A DNA stretch of 64,000 nucleotides, from IMG/VR virus record IMGVR_UViG_3300035210_000191; one strand, written 5' to 3'. The position numbers were made by a program, and so were the translations under genes. The notes beneath the pieces were generated by a model, which was not told the origin of the DNA, did no database searches, and worked only from the letters and a program-made list of their open reading frames with translations. Shown here piece after piece: positions 1-9,757 of the stretch. This DNA comes from an uncultured virus (IMG/VR IMGVR_UViG_3300035210_000191) (lineage: Duplodnaviria > Heunggongvirae > Uroviricota > Caudoviricetes). Positions within the stretch are counted from its first letter, which is position 1. Each line of letters starts with the position of its first letter.

Positions 1-249
1 GCTTTTGAAGAAAAGATACCACATTTAACATCGCTGGACGCTTATCTTGTTCGACAGGATGAACTTTCAACAGGTGGTTACATCATTTTGTTCAAAACAC
101 CCACAGAAAAACTGTTCTTTATGCCGGTTAATAGCAAATTTGCAGAAGCTATTTTTCATGGTGATATTGAAAGTCAATATGTAGGTGATGGAGAAGAGTT
201 CTTATTTGAATTTAGAAATATTTCAATTTTGAAAGAAATTACGAGTTAA
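1..249 (+). CDS. 3' end of a hypothetical protein (truncated by the window edge)
   Basis: Frame 1 is open from base 1 to TAA at 247-249 (...FEFRNISILKEITS*). Confidence 0.7.
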   Translation, partial: AFEEKIPHLTSLDAYLVRQDELSTGGYIILFKTPTEKLFFMPVNSKFAEAIFHGDIESQYVGDGEEFLFEFRNISILKEITS

Positions 250-375
250 AAAGCAAGTGAAAAAACAGTAAAAATAGTTAAAAAATCAAGCAAACTTTTA
301 CCAAAAAGCTTGCTTTTTTTTTGCTTTTTTGGTATAATATTCTTACTAAATTGACGGAGAGGCGAGGATTATTAT

Positions 376-1644
376 ATGATTTTAGACACAGGTTTATTGA
401 AGCTTTATGCATCAAATGGTTTCAACGTTTTGCTGTCTGGCCGTCATGGTGTTGGTAAAACTGCCATTATTAAAGAAGTCTTTTCTGAAACCTTCGGTGA
501 GGATAATTGGGCTTACTTTTCGGCAGCTACAATGGACGCATGGGTTGACTTTGTGGGCGTTCCAAAAGCAGTTACGCGACCAGATGGTATGGAAGTGATT
601 GAACTTATCCGTCCAGCTCGTTTTGCTGATGATGATGTTCAAGCGATCTTCTTCGATGAATTTAACCGAGCACCTGCAAAAGTTCGAAACGCCGTAATGG
701 AACTTATTCAGTTCAAATCTATTAACGGACGTAAGTTCAATAACCTCAAAGTTATTTGGGCGGCTATTAACCCATTCTCAGAAGATGCTGGTGGTTATGA
801 CGTTGAACAGATTGACCCAGCCCAGCTTGACCGTTTCCAAGTTCAAATTGATGTGCCTTATAAGGTTGACCGCCCTTACATGAAAGCTAAGCATGGTGCC
901 CTCGCTACGCCTTTCGTAGAATGGTGGAACGCACTTGATAAGGAAATGCAATACAAAATTTCACCGCGTCGTTTGGAAGATGCGTTGTGTGTTTACAATG
1001 TTAAAGGCAACCTTGATCATGTGCTGCCAAAAGAAAGTAACTTGGCATCATTGCGTGATCGCATTATGAAAGTCTCATTGGATGATGAATGGAAAGATGT
1101 TGTGACCATGACCAATAATGAAAAGCTTAACTTTTTGCAAAACGTTAGCAATGTGGTGAAATTTAAAGATTTCATTATTAAGGATTTTGCAAACTACGCT
1201 CAATTTGTTCCAGAAGACTTTTTGATTTCTAAACTTGAAATTAAAGATTTGGAATGGCTTGATGCAGCCGTCGCTAACCCATCAAAAATTCCAGACTCCA
1301 TTGTGACAACGATGGAAACGACTCACAAAAAAGACTTTTCTGATATTTTGAAAGATTTGAAGAATATCCTTCCATCTAATATGTCAATGAATTTGAATGG
1401 TAAAAATGTGGTGGTTACAGGTAAGTTTACAAAACGCTATAAAAATGGTGTGCTGTCTCGTGATGAAGTTTCAGATTTGTTGCAACGCATTGGTGCAAAA
1501 GTTCAAGCAGCCGTTAACAACAGCACTAATTATCTGATTGTTGAAGATAAGACAACGACTACCGTTAAAATGCAAAAAGCACAACAACTGGGTGTCACTA
1601 TTATTTCAGAAGATGAATTCCACGCAGTTTATGGAAACTTCTAA
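376..1644 (+). CDS. MoxR/AAA_5-type AAA+ ATPase with C-terminal BRCT domain
   Basis: Walker A GRHGVGKT, Walker B FFDEFNR, AAINP sensor, DPAQLDRF Arg finger, SPRRLE. C-terminus GKNVVVTGKF...GAKVQAAVNNSTNYLIV...KAQQLGVTIISEDEF is a typical LigA-type BRCT. GAGG SD and TGGTATAAT at 330-338. Confidence 0.88.
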   Translation: MILDTGLLKLYASNGFNVLLSGRHGVGKTAIIKEVFSETFGEDNWAYFSAATMDAWVDFVGVPKAVTRPDGMEVIELIRPARFADDDVQAIFFDEFNRAPAKVRNAVMELIQFKSINGRKFNNLKVIWAAINPFSEDAGGYDVEQIDPAQLDRFQVQIDVPYKVDRPYMKAKHGALATPFVEWWNALDKEMQYKISPRRLEDALCVYNVKGNLDHVLPKESNLASLRDRIMKVSLDDEWKDVVTMTNNEKLNFLQNVSNVVKFKDFIIKDFANYAQFVPEDFLISKLEIKDLEWLDAAVANPSKIPDSIVTTMETTHKKDFSDILKDLKNILPSNMSMNLNGKNVVVTGKFTKRYKNGVLSRDEVSDLLQRIGAKVQAAVNNSTNYLIVEDKTTTTVKMQKAQQLGVTIISEDEFHAVYGNF

Positions 1645-1660
1645 GAAATTGGCAATGATT

Positions 1661-1684
1661 AAAAGAGGCTTCGGCCTCTTTTTC
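1661..1684 (+). terminator. Intrinsic terminator, cUUCGg-capped hairpin
   Basis: AAAAGAGGC-TTCG-GCCTCTTTTT. A near-identical copy lies at 4731-4752. Confidence 0.85.
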
Positions 1685-1705
1685 TAATTTTAAGGTGATT
1701 GAATT

Positions 1706-2260
1706 ATGGATAATAAACAACAAATAATTGACTACTTTTTTGATTCGCAAGATATTGAATTAACCGAATTTCACAAAAGAGAAGAATGGCCTGATTGCTT
1801 AATGTTTGTTGATACTCGTGAAAAAAAATCAGCAGTCGTTAATCACCAAATTATTCGATTTAGATTTGAAGACCATTTTAAATCTGAGGTTGTTTTAAGA
1901 GCAACTGTTTCTTATATTTATGAGAATGGTGTTAAAAGTGGCATGCAATTTAAAAACAAAACATTAGTTGAAAAAATGAAATTAGGCCAAAAATGCGTTT
2001 CTGTTTTAGACCAAATTAATGTTAAGCATTATTATCCTGCAATGTATTTTACTATTGAAATGAATATATTGGACAATATAATTTCGGTTACAAATTGCTA
2101 TCAAAGCATTAATATTTTAAGTGGCAATGGACCTAGTTATCGCCTTTTAGAAGACATGGTAATCAATATTATTAATCGCCACTTTAAAGATTGGGACTTT
2201 TCTATTGATGATATTCCACTTACTGATTTAATTGACATGTATTTAATGGCAAGAATTTAA
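1706..2260 (+). CDS. Hypothetical protein, paralog of 2271-2831, C-terminal MxxI motif
   Basis: Shares IIRF.F....V.L.A.[VI]S..Y...V....QF....L......LG.KC...LD.....HY.P with the next ORF. Ends YLMARI. Confidence 0.75.
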   Translation: MDNKQQIIDYFFDSQDIELTEFHKREEWPDCLMFVDTREKKSAVVNHQIIRFRFEDHFKSEVVLRATVSYIYENGVKSGMQFKNKTLVEKMKLGQKCVSVLDQINVKHYYPAMYFTIEMNILDNIISVTNCYQSINILSGNGPSYRLLEDMVINIINRHFKDWDFSIDDIPLTDLIDMYLMARI

Positions 2261-2270
2261 GGTATTTAAT

Positions 2271-2831
2271 ATGACAGATTATGAACGATTGATTAATCAT
2301 TTTTTTTACCACTTTAACATCACGATTACAGGTAAGTTCAAAGAACAGAAAAATATTTTGTCACCTCATTGTTATTCTGTTACTTATCGACTTATAAATG
2401 CTTCACAGTCAATGAGTAATGGTTTGATTATTCGGTTTTCTTTTGATGAAAATGATACCATTTTAAAAGCGAATATCAGTTGTAGTTATGGTGATAGTGT
2501 TGTAGATGTCTTACAATTTGATGGAGCTGTTTTAAAAGACGAAATAGTATTAGGTTTAAAATGTATGGACTTTCTTGATAGAGAGCAAATTAGACACTAT
2601 TGTCCACTTATAGAAATGAATGCTTTCATGGATAAAACCACTAGAAAAATAGCTTTTGAAAGGTTTAAGCATACACTGAACATTTATATGGATAGAACGT
2701 CAAGTGAGCGTCTTGATTTAATGATTCATGTAAGTAAATTACTTGATAAAGAATTAAACAATTTAGAAATTGAAACAAAAAACATTGATTTAAATGATAA
2801 GCTGGATCTATTAGCAATGGTTCGGATATAG
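2271..2831 (+). CDS. Hypothetical protein, paralog of 1706-2260, C-terminal MxxI motif
   Basis: AAGG SD; aligns by eye with the preceding ORF. Ends LLAMVRI. Confidence 0.75.
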   Translation: MTDYERLINHFFYHFNITITGKFKEQKNILSPHCYSVTYRLINASQSMSNGLIIRFSFDENDTILKANISCSYGDSVVDVLQFDGAVLKDEIVLGLKCMDFLDREQIRHYCPLIEMNAFMDKTTRKIAFERFKHTLNIYMDRTSSERLDLMIHVSKLLDKELNNLEIETKNIDLNDKLDLLAMVRI

Positions 2832-2992
2832 AAATTATTTTAAATTTGTAGTTTCACACACTTTCATAATACACAGCTTAACCATTGAAAACAAAGCGTT
2901 TCAGGCCGCTTTTTTCATTTGTTTTTTGACTAATTTGCTTTACTTTTTTTGTTGTATTTGTTATAATAGATCAATGAAAAGAGGGCTTAATA

Positions 2993-4303
2993 GTGATAAA
3001 AGATAGAGAATTTACTTTTGAAGAACGTATTGACATCGCTAACCGCTTGTCTATGCATCATGTCATCTTTCAAACTTTTTGGGCTATCGGTAAGCCTTTG
3101 TTTACCCGCAGTATTAAAACGGCTGCAGTAGGTTTTGACCGCAGTGGTCATGTCCTTTACCTTATTCTTAACCCAGATTTTTGGGACGCACTTGATATGA
3201 ATAACAAAGCCTTTGTGATTGCTCATGAATGTCTCCACGTTATTCTTAATCATGGTAAGCGTGGACTTGATAATCCTGATCATGAAAGTGTCAACATTGC
3301 ACAAGACATTGTGATCAATGAAATGTTGGTGAACAGTTTTGGTTTCAACAAATTTGATATTGTCGATTGGGATAAATTTTGTTTCGTGGGCACCGTCTTT
3401 GATCAGGCTGAAATTATTGAACACGGTATTCATACTCGTGGTTCATTCCATTACTATCTTGATTTGATGGGCAAGACGAATAAACAAAATGAACAATCAA
3501 CCGTTGACCAGCACGCTCGTGGTAATGGACTCGAAGGTCTTGATCCAGCTATTCAGGATCTGATGGATCAGGCTCAACAAGCGGGTTCAGAAGCTGCACA
3601 AACACTTCAAGAAGAAATCAACCCAAGATTGAGTGATAAAGAGAAGTATAACTTGGCAAAAGAACTTGAAGCTGAAATTAAAGATGCAGCGGGTAGTCCA
3701 GCAGGTACGATTCCATTAGGGGCTTATATCAGTATTGATCCGAACCCACCTAAGAAGAAAAAGAAGTGGGAAGAAATCGTTAAGCATCACTTGAAGTCTG
3801 GTATTCGTTATGACACGGTTGAAAAGCCTTCTTGGATCTCACGGGATCGTCGTACAATGTGCCTTGGTGATGATATTCTTATTCAAGGTCACTGGAACGA
3901 AGAAGTGCCTTCAAAAGAGCGTTACAGAGTGGTGTTCTTTCTTGACACTTCTGGTTCTTGTTATTCGTATGCAAAACGGTTTGTTAAGATGTTGCAAACA
4001 ATTCCAGAGGATAAATTTGAAATTGAAGCGTATGCGTTTGACTGTTATCTTTATCCGATTGATTTGAAAACAGGCCATGTTCGTGGTGGTGGTGGTACTT
4101 ATTTCCATATTTTGGATCAGAAAATTCGTGAAATTACTGCTAAACGAAAACACCCTGACGCTGTTTTTGTGCTTTCTGATGGTGATGGTAACGCTTTTAA
4201 TCCAGAACGTCCAAAAATGTGGCATTGGATTTTGACACCGCATCACAACACACGTTTAATTCCAAAAGATTCACCGAAACATGATATGAAAAACTTTGAG
4301 TAA
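2993..4303 (+). CDS. HExxH metallopeptidase-like + vWA domain protein (DUF2201-type), partner of MoxR ATPase
   Basis: TAAV...HECLH...NIAQDIVIN N-terminal domain; vWA MIDAS DTSGS, GGGT and LSDG in the C-terminal half. Confidence 0.85.
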   Translation: MIKDREFTFEERIDIANRLSMHHVIFQTFWAIGKPLFTRSIKTAAVGFDRSGHVLYLILNPDFWDALDMNNKAFVIAHECLHVILNHGKRGLDNPDHESVNIAQDIVINEMLVNSFGFNKFDIVDWDKFCFVGTVFDQAEIIEHGIHTRGSFHYYLDLMGKTNKQNEQSTVDQHARGNGLEGLDPAIQDLMDQAQQAGSEAAQTLQEEINPRLSDKEKYNLAKELEAEIKDAAGSPAGTIPLGAYISIDPNPPKKKKKWEEIVKHHLKSGIRYDTVEKPSWISRDRRTMCLGDDILIQGHWNEEVPSKERYRVVFFLDTSGSCYSYAKRFVKMLQTIPEDKFEIEAYAFDCYLYPIDLKTGHVRGGGGTYFHILDQKIREITAKRKHPDAVFVLSDGDGNAFNPERPKMWHWILTPHHNTRLIPKDSPKHDMKNFE

Positions 4304-4397
4304 AGGCTTCGGCCTTTCTCTTTTTTCAATAAATAAGGTGACAATGTTTCACTTTTTTGTTATAATCTAAGCTTAACTTGATAATTTGGAGAAATGA

Positions 4398-4721
4398 ATG
4401 ATTAATAAAATGCTGGCTATTGTCTTTATGATGTTTGTATCGGTCACTGCTTTTGGTGCAAGTTCCACTGACATTACACCCGAATATGTATTGCCTAAAG
4501 AAATGAAAGGTTGTCAGATTTTTTATCTTCGTGGTGGTGGTTTTAGTTATTCCAGTATCTATGTGACGCATTGCCCTAATGCTATGACTGACACCAGTTT
4601 TCCATCTGGTAAAACTGTTCAACATGTAGTCAGCGGTCGAAAAAGCATTATTGATGACTCAATTCAAGAACCAGAAGTTGTCGAAATCAATGGTGCAAAG
4701 TATGTGAAAGTTCCAGATTGA
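4398..4721 (+). CDS. Small exported protein with signal peptide
   Basis: Hydrophobic N-terminus ending TAFG/A; two Cys; GGAG SD; upstream TGTTATAAT. Confidence 0.7.
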   Translation: MINKMLAIVFMMFVSVTAFGASSTDITPEYVLPKEMKGCQIFYLRGGGFSYSSIYVTHCPNAMTDTSFPSGKTVQHVVSGRKSIIDDSIQEPEVVEINGAKYVKVPD

Positions 4722-4730
4722 TGTGAAATA

Positions 4731-4752
4731 AAAGAGGCTTCGGCCTCTTTTT
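4731..4752 (+). terminator. Intrinsic terminator, cUUCGg hairpin
   Basis: AAAGAGGC-TTCG-GCCTCTTTTT. Confidence 0.85.
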
Positions 4753-4779
4753 GCGGCACCTTATTATGTTGGAGACATT

Positions 4780-5415
4780 ATGGATTATTTTGAAAAACGT
4801 AAATTATTTAAACAGTCTTTCATTAACTTTCTTGAAGGGACTGAACTAACACCTAAACAAACTCATTTTAGTCCGCACTTTGTGCTTAGGGAAAATAACA
4901 AACTAGGCGATTCTGTTTCAACTGGAAATCTCGATAATGCAGAAGAATTAAAGGATTTCTTTTTACAGCATGTTAAACAATTTAAGCATACAGCTTTCAT
5001 TAAAAAAATGAAAAAAATTATTTTAAAGTATTCAAAACTGTTAAATTTGGATATAGATTTTTTTGATATGTCAGTTTCCACTGATATTGAACTGAATATT
5101 GATTATAAAAGCCTACTAGATATTGAAAGCATTTCATTTGTGTTGCGAGGCAAAGGCGGTAAAACGGGGTATACAACTTTTCATTTTTGTGCCTACCTAT
5201 CTGGTGTGGAAGCTTCTTATGAAATTGCTGAATTAGATGGTCGCACTTTTGAACATCAGTCCATAATTGTCATTTGTGTGAACCATAAAAAAATTGATGA
5301 TATTATTCTTCCTATGTTAAATTCTTATAAGGACATTATCTCTCAATTATTGGGATATGAAGTCACCCATGTTGATGAAGATATCATTACTGTCTTAGAT
5401 ATGATTAAAATATAA
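4780..5415 (+). CDS. Hypothetical protein with C-terminal MxxI motif
   Basis: GGAG SD; 211 aa; ends TVLDMIKI; followed by a UUCG terminator at about 5450-5471. Confidence 0.7.
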   Translation: MDYFEKRKLFKQSFINFLEGTELTPKQTHFSPHFVLRENNKLGDSVSTGNLDNAEELKDFFLQHVKQFKHTAFIKKMKKIILKYSKLLNLDIDFFDMSVSTDIELNIDYKSLLDIESISFVLRGKGGKTGYTTFHFCAYLSGVEASYEIAELDGRTFEHQSIIVICVNHKKIDDIILPMLNSYKDIISQLLGYEVTHVDEDIITVLDMIKI

Positions 5416-5987
5416 CTGCCACTTTATACAAAATTTATAAAAAAATAATAAGAAGCTTCGGCTTCTTTTTTGTTTTTTTTATTGGTTGTTTTTATGACCG
5501 ACTAGTCAAAACATGTTCAATTATTTAAAATGATATTTAGCAACCTTTCAGTTTGTAAAAAAAAGCATTAAAGCAATATTACTTAAAAGACATCAACAAA
5601 CCTAAAAATGCCAATTTATTCATATTTTAATGTTTTTTTTAAATTTATTTTATTTTTATTTAAAAAAACTTTTAATCCTCTAAACACCTCTAAAAACGCC
5701 ATTTTGCATTCAATGGTAATGTGATTTTTTAATCAATGTTGTGAGTTTTTATGTTTTTGTAAGTTATTGATACTGCTCAAGAATATATCACAAATGATAT
5801 GTGCAAGTCATTTATTGTCATTTAAACCTCTATGCTAATATTTAATTTTTTATATATCTAAAAACGACAATAAAACCCTAAGTTCCTCTAATTAAAGGCT
5901 TTTTTTTAATGTTTTTCAAAAAATATCATCTTGACATAATTTTTAAATGTGTTAATTTCGTCATTATTAGATCAAAGGGAGACTAAT

Positions 5988-7289
5988 ATGTTTACTAAAA
6001 ACAAAGAAAGAATTGCAAGCTTAACTTTTGAAATAGAAGCTATGAAGTCGGTTCAAGAACATATCAGTCTCTCAACTGGTATTATTCATTTCGACTCCAA
6101 CGGATCAGTTGAACATGTTAATACTAAAATGCTATCATTGCTAGGTTACGAGATTCAAGATCTTAAGGGGCGTAATAACTCTGTTCTTCTTTCAAAAGAT
6201 TATTTAAATAGCACAGATTATAAAGATTTATGGAGTGACCTTAGAAAAGGCATCTCAGTTAATCAAACTATTCTTTTTGTGAATAAGCAGAACCACTCAA
6301 TGTGGTTTGATTGTGTGTATACTCCAATTGTTGATTCAACTAAAAGAGTATTAGAGATTATTGGTGTATTTACTAACATCAATGAATTAGTAGGTTCAAA
6401 AATAGAAGTTGATCACAAATTAAAAGCAATCAACCTTTCAATGGCGATCATTGAATTTAGTCCTGATGGCGTCATTTTAGATGCGAATGAGAACTTCTTA
6501 AAAACAGTTAAGTATGCCAAAAAAGAAATTGTGGGTCAACACCATTCTATTTTTTGTGATAATGACTATAAAAAGAGTGCTGACTATCGCCAGTTTTGGG
6601 ATTCATTGAAGAAAGGAACTTTCTTTTCTGATAAATTTAAGCGTGTCGATAAGCATGGTCGTGAACTTTGGTTAGAGGCTTCTTACAATCCTGTTTTTGA
6701 TGAAAATGGTTGTGTGTATAAAGTGATTAAGATTGCCAGTGACACTACCAAGTTTATAGAGCAATATAACAATCAAAAAGACATTTCTGACTTAGCTCTA
6801 TCACTTTCAGATAAAAGTGTCATCTTATCTAACAGTGGTGTAGACTACATTCAGCAAACAACTAAAGAAATGCTAAACATTAAAGAACATGTGGATATCA
6901 CCAACGGCCATTTGAATTCATTGCATAACCAGTCTAATAAAATCAACTCTATTGTTGATACTATTAACAAGATTTCTGTTCAAACAAACTTGTTAGCATT
7001 AAATGCAGCCATCGAAGCAGCAAGAGCCGGTGATGCTGGTCGTGGATTCTCAGTTGTAGCACAGGAAGTTAGAAACTTATCTCAAAACACTGAAAGTGCT
7101 GTAAAAGAGATTTTTGAAGTGATTAGCAATATTCAAGAAGAAATCAACTTGTCATTGAAACATATTAACAATGTGATTAATGATACAGAGAATAGCCGTA
7201 ATCTTGCCGCAAAATTAGAAGAAGTTATGACCAGCCTGCAGGCAGTGATTGTGGATAGTACAACAGTGATAAGAAATAAAACTGTTTAA
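5988..7289 (+). CDS. Soluble PAS-PAS methyl-accepting chemotaxis protein (BdlA-like architecture)
   Basis: Two PAS/PAC repeats ([18 protein letters not shown]...WLEASYNPV) plus MCP signalling tip [34 protein letters not shown]; no TM segment; ATG 5988 after GGGAG SD. Confidence 0.9.
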   Translation: MFTKNKERIASLTFEIEAMKSVQEHISLSTGIIHFDSNGSVEHVNTKMLSLLGYEIQDLKGRNNSVLLSKDYLNSTDYKDLWSDLRKGISVNQTILFVNKQNHSMWFDCVYTPIVDSTKRVLEIIGVFTNINELVGSKIEVDHKLKAINLSMAIIEFSPDGVILDANENFLKTVKYAKKEIVGQHHSIFCDNDYKKSADYRQFWDSLKKGTFFSDKFKRVDKHGRELWLEASYNPVFDENGCVYKVIKIASDTTKFIEQYNNQKDISDLALSLSDKSVILSNSGVDYIQQTTKEMLNIKEHVDITNGHLNSLHNQSNKINSIVDTINKISVQTNLLALNAAIEAARAGDAGRGFSVVAQEVRNLSQNTESAVKEIFEVISNIQEEINLSLKHINNVINDTENSRNLAAKLEEVMTSLQAVIVDSTTVIRNKTV

Positions 7290-7300
7290 AAAAAGAGCCT

Positions 7301-7684
7301 TCACTGAAGGCTTTCTTTTTGTAGTTTTTTGAAGATGTATATTTTTCCCAATTCTAATCCAACAACAAGGATTGAGAAAATGATAATGAAGATGCTCTTT
7401 GTTATGATGGCTGTTCCCAATATCGCCATCAATACAATCCAAAATTCAATCTTTACCAGCTTCTCTCTGGTGGTTTTCTTTTTGGCTTTGAATTCTAGTT
7501 GTTCTTTGAGTAATGATTCTAGTCTTTTAGGATTTCCAATCAAGTTTTTGTAGATAACAATGCTCATTGCTAATTGAATAAATACTAATCCTAAAAAGAG
7601 ACAAGTGAGGATAATATGGTTAGCGTGCATTAGCATTCCTATCAACACAATAAGTATCAATTCCAAACGGTATTTCAATAACAT
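7301..7684 (-). CDS. Small multi-pass membrane protein
   Basis: About four hydrophobic segments; GGAGG SD upstream on the minus strand. Confidence 0.7.
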   Translation of the reverse strand: MLLKYRLELILIVLIGMLMHANHIILTCLFLGLVFIQLAMSIVIYKNLIGNPKRLESLLKEQLEFKAKKKTTREKLVKIEFWIVLMAILGTAIITKSIFIIIFSILVVGLELGKIYIFKKLQKESLQ

Positions 7685-7777
7685 TTTTTTTATTCCTCCA
7701 ATTGACTAAAAACGCATAAAACGGTTGATTTTATTATATTCTATTATATACTATACATAGTTTATAGGAGAAGTAAA

Positions 7778-8008
7778 ATGACGACAAATTTAGTATTAGA
7801 AAATGATGATGTTTTTTGTGGTGACACGTTTGTAATGACTATAGATCGCTTTGATGATATAGACATCAGTGTGAAAGAGGGGCGATTGTTTATTAATAAT
7901 ACTTTTGTAAAGAACTTCGATCATAATGAAGAAGCTAAGAAGGCGATTACAGGGTTTTTAGAAACTCTGGAACATGAAGAAGTGGGTTTTGACTTGTATA
8001 TTTCTTAA
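7778..8008 (+). CDS. Small acidic hypothetical protein
   Basis: AGGAG SD; 76-aa ORF. Confidence 0.65.
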   Translation: MTTNLVLENDDVFCGDTFVMTIDRFDDIDISVKEGRLFINNTFVKNFDHNEEAKKAITGFLETLEHEEVGFDLYIS

Positions 8009-8017
8009 TTGGTGTTT

Positions 8018-8434
8018 TTAGAACTTAGCAGCATTTGAATTAATCCATTTAAGTGCTGTTTCATTATCGTTTTGACATTGCTGTTTTGACATTAGAAAAT
8101 CTTTAATTTGACACACTTGCAATGCCATCTTGACTTTAAACTCTTCGCAACTGGATAAAAATTCCACCTTCACTTCATAACCTCTGTTAACTTTTCGACA
8201 ACTGGTCACTACAGAATTGCCACTAAACATCATATCGTCTAATTTTATATCTATTCTGACTTTTTTATTTTGTTGGATATAACTTGTATAATTAAATATG
8301 AGGCCATGACAGGTTTCATGACTTATCGGAGAGATATCATCCTGCTCAGCTAACTCTTCTACAATTATCTGGATACTTTCAGGGTGTTTCACAAACTTTC
8401 TTTCGGGCATTTCAAGCTTTTGATTACCTAACAT
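8018..8434 (-). CDS. PilZ-domain protein (degenerate c-di-GMP motifs)
   Basis: ERKFVKHP in place of RxxxR; G.V..CRK...GYEV.VEF; tail KMALQVCQI...ALKWI...AAKF resembles single-domain Pseudomonas PilZ proteins. Confidence 0.65.
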   Translation of the reverse strand: MLGNQKLEMPERKFVKHPESIQIIVEELAEQDDISPISHETCHGLIFNYTSYIQQNKKVRIDIKLDDMMFSGNSVVTSCRKVNRGYEVKVEFLSSCEEFKVKMALQVCQIKDFLMSKQQCQNDNETALKWINSNAAKF

Positions 8435-8481
8435 ACCAATCTCCTTATCATAGTATTATTATACCAAATTAAAATCTAGAA

Positions 8482-8706
8482 TCAAACCGCCACGGCTAGC
8501 TCTAGAATATCTTCCTTGATTTCAACATATGTCTTTCCAACAACAGACTCAAGACAACTCTTGTATTCTGATTTAAGGATTTTGCAACACTTCTTACATC
8601 CAGCATCAATGTTGTTCTCAGCAATAATATCCTTGACAGTTTTATTGTTGGCAACATCTCTTTCCAAATCCGATGTTTTGTAACCATTACATAAACAGAT
8701 GTACAT
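8482..8706 (-). CDS. bfd: Bacterioferritin-associated ferredoxin-like [2Fe-2S] protein
   Basis: MYICLCNG...GCKKC, i.e. the C-x-C-x31-C-x2-C BFD signature; AGGAG SD. Confidence 0.75.
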   Translation of the reverse strand: MYICLCNGYKTSDLERDVANNKTVKDIIAENNIDAGCKKCCKILKSEYKSCLESVVGKTYVEIKEDILELAVAV

Positions 8707-8862
8707 GTGCAGCTCCTTTTAATCTTTCAGAATTTCTTCCATAGTACATGAAAGCAGAAAAGAAATCAAGGCCATAAAAATAGATAAATTTGAAAATATT
8801 TGTAGACTTATTTTTCCATTTCTGTTAATCTGGCGTAATGATTTGAAATAGGAGGGTTTATC

Positions 8863-9339
8863 ATGAAATCCAAAAGATACAGTATTCTCAATTTCTATAT
8901 TCGTGGCAGCAATGTCACACCACAGGTTTGTCACGGACTCAATCGTTTGTGGGCAAATAAAGCAACAATGACACCAGCCGCAGATGCTCTTTTTTCTGAA
9001 TGGGTTGACACATCCGAGACAGAAGTAATCTTGCAGGGTGGCAATCACAAAGATCTGGAAGAACTCTATTTGGCCCTTTCTTCTATTAATACTTTGCCGT
9101 CCGCTAAGTTTAATGAAGGTCAGGATGATTTGTGTGGCTCTTGCACTGTTGTTACGTTTGTTGCCAGTGATCGCATTGTGGCGGCTGGTAATTATTTGCG
9201 TAGTAACCGTATTACACCAGCAGAAGCTTTTGATGTCTTAACGAAAACCTCTATCCTATTAAATGAACAGACTATTGTTCTGAATAGTTTTGAGGCGTTT
9301 GTTGCCAGTAAAATTGCTTATCTTCCTTTAGTAGCTTAA
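8863..9339 (+). CDS. Phage-type PTH2-like (peptidyl-tRNA hydrolase II fold) protein
   Basis: NFYI...QVCH...W....ETEVILQGG...FNE..DL.G..TVV.FV pattern of phage PTH2-like proteins; GGAGG SD. Confidence 0.55.
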   Translation: MKSKRYSILNFYIRGSNVTPQVCHGLNRLWANKATMTPAADALFSEWVDTSETEVILQGGNHKDLEELYLALSSINTLPSAKFNEGQDDLCGSCTVVTFVASDRIVAAGNYLRSNRITPAEAFDVLTKTSILLNEQTIVLNSFEAFVASKIAYLPLVA

Positions 9340-9417
9340 TCTGGTTGGGCATTTCGGTGCCCTAATCAGTGCTTAATCGTTTCAGCTAAAAAGTTTTAAA
9401 ATAATTGAAATTAGTGC

Positions 9418-9726
9418 TTGACCTAGTGACCACATTTAGCATATACTAGCCACCTTGAAACGATGAACAGCTTAGAAAACAAAGTTGAACAGAGTTTAAA
9501 ATAAAGCTTGCACCGAATGATGAAATGAGTTAAGATTACACATCGAAAGCGACGAACAACTTGAAAGAAATTAAAGTTGAACGAAATGAAAAAAAAGCTT
9601 GACGATGGGTAGCCAGATAGACTATAATAGACACACAAACGAGAGAGACGGATTAGAAGTAAAGTCCGACTTAATCAAGGAAAAAAGAAAAAACTTGTTG
9701 TAAAAAGAAATAAACTTTGATATACT
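9418..9726 (+). promoter_or_regulatory. Array of four tandem sigma70-like promoters at about 90-100 bp period
   Basis: TTGACC(9418)-18-TATACT; TTGCAC(9508)-17-TAAGAT; TTGACG(9599)-18-TATAAT; TTGTAA(9698)-17-TATACT. Each is preceded by an A-rich UP-like tract. Confidence 0.75.
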
Positions 9727-9757
9727 AACTAAACACACTCGATAGGAGATTCACAGA

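Noticed and set aside
2987..3433. 148-aa minus-strand ORF and other short nested ORFs in the track
   Set aside because: Fully overlap well-supported genes on the opposite strand or in another frame.
5416..5987. 570-bp AT-rich intergenic region as a replication origin
   Set aside because: No convincing iterons or DnaA-box cluster and no rep gene. More simply a terminator plus the regulatory region of the chemoreceptor gene.
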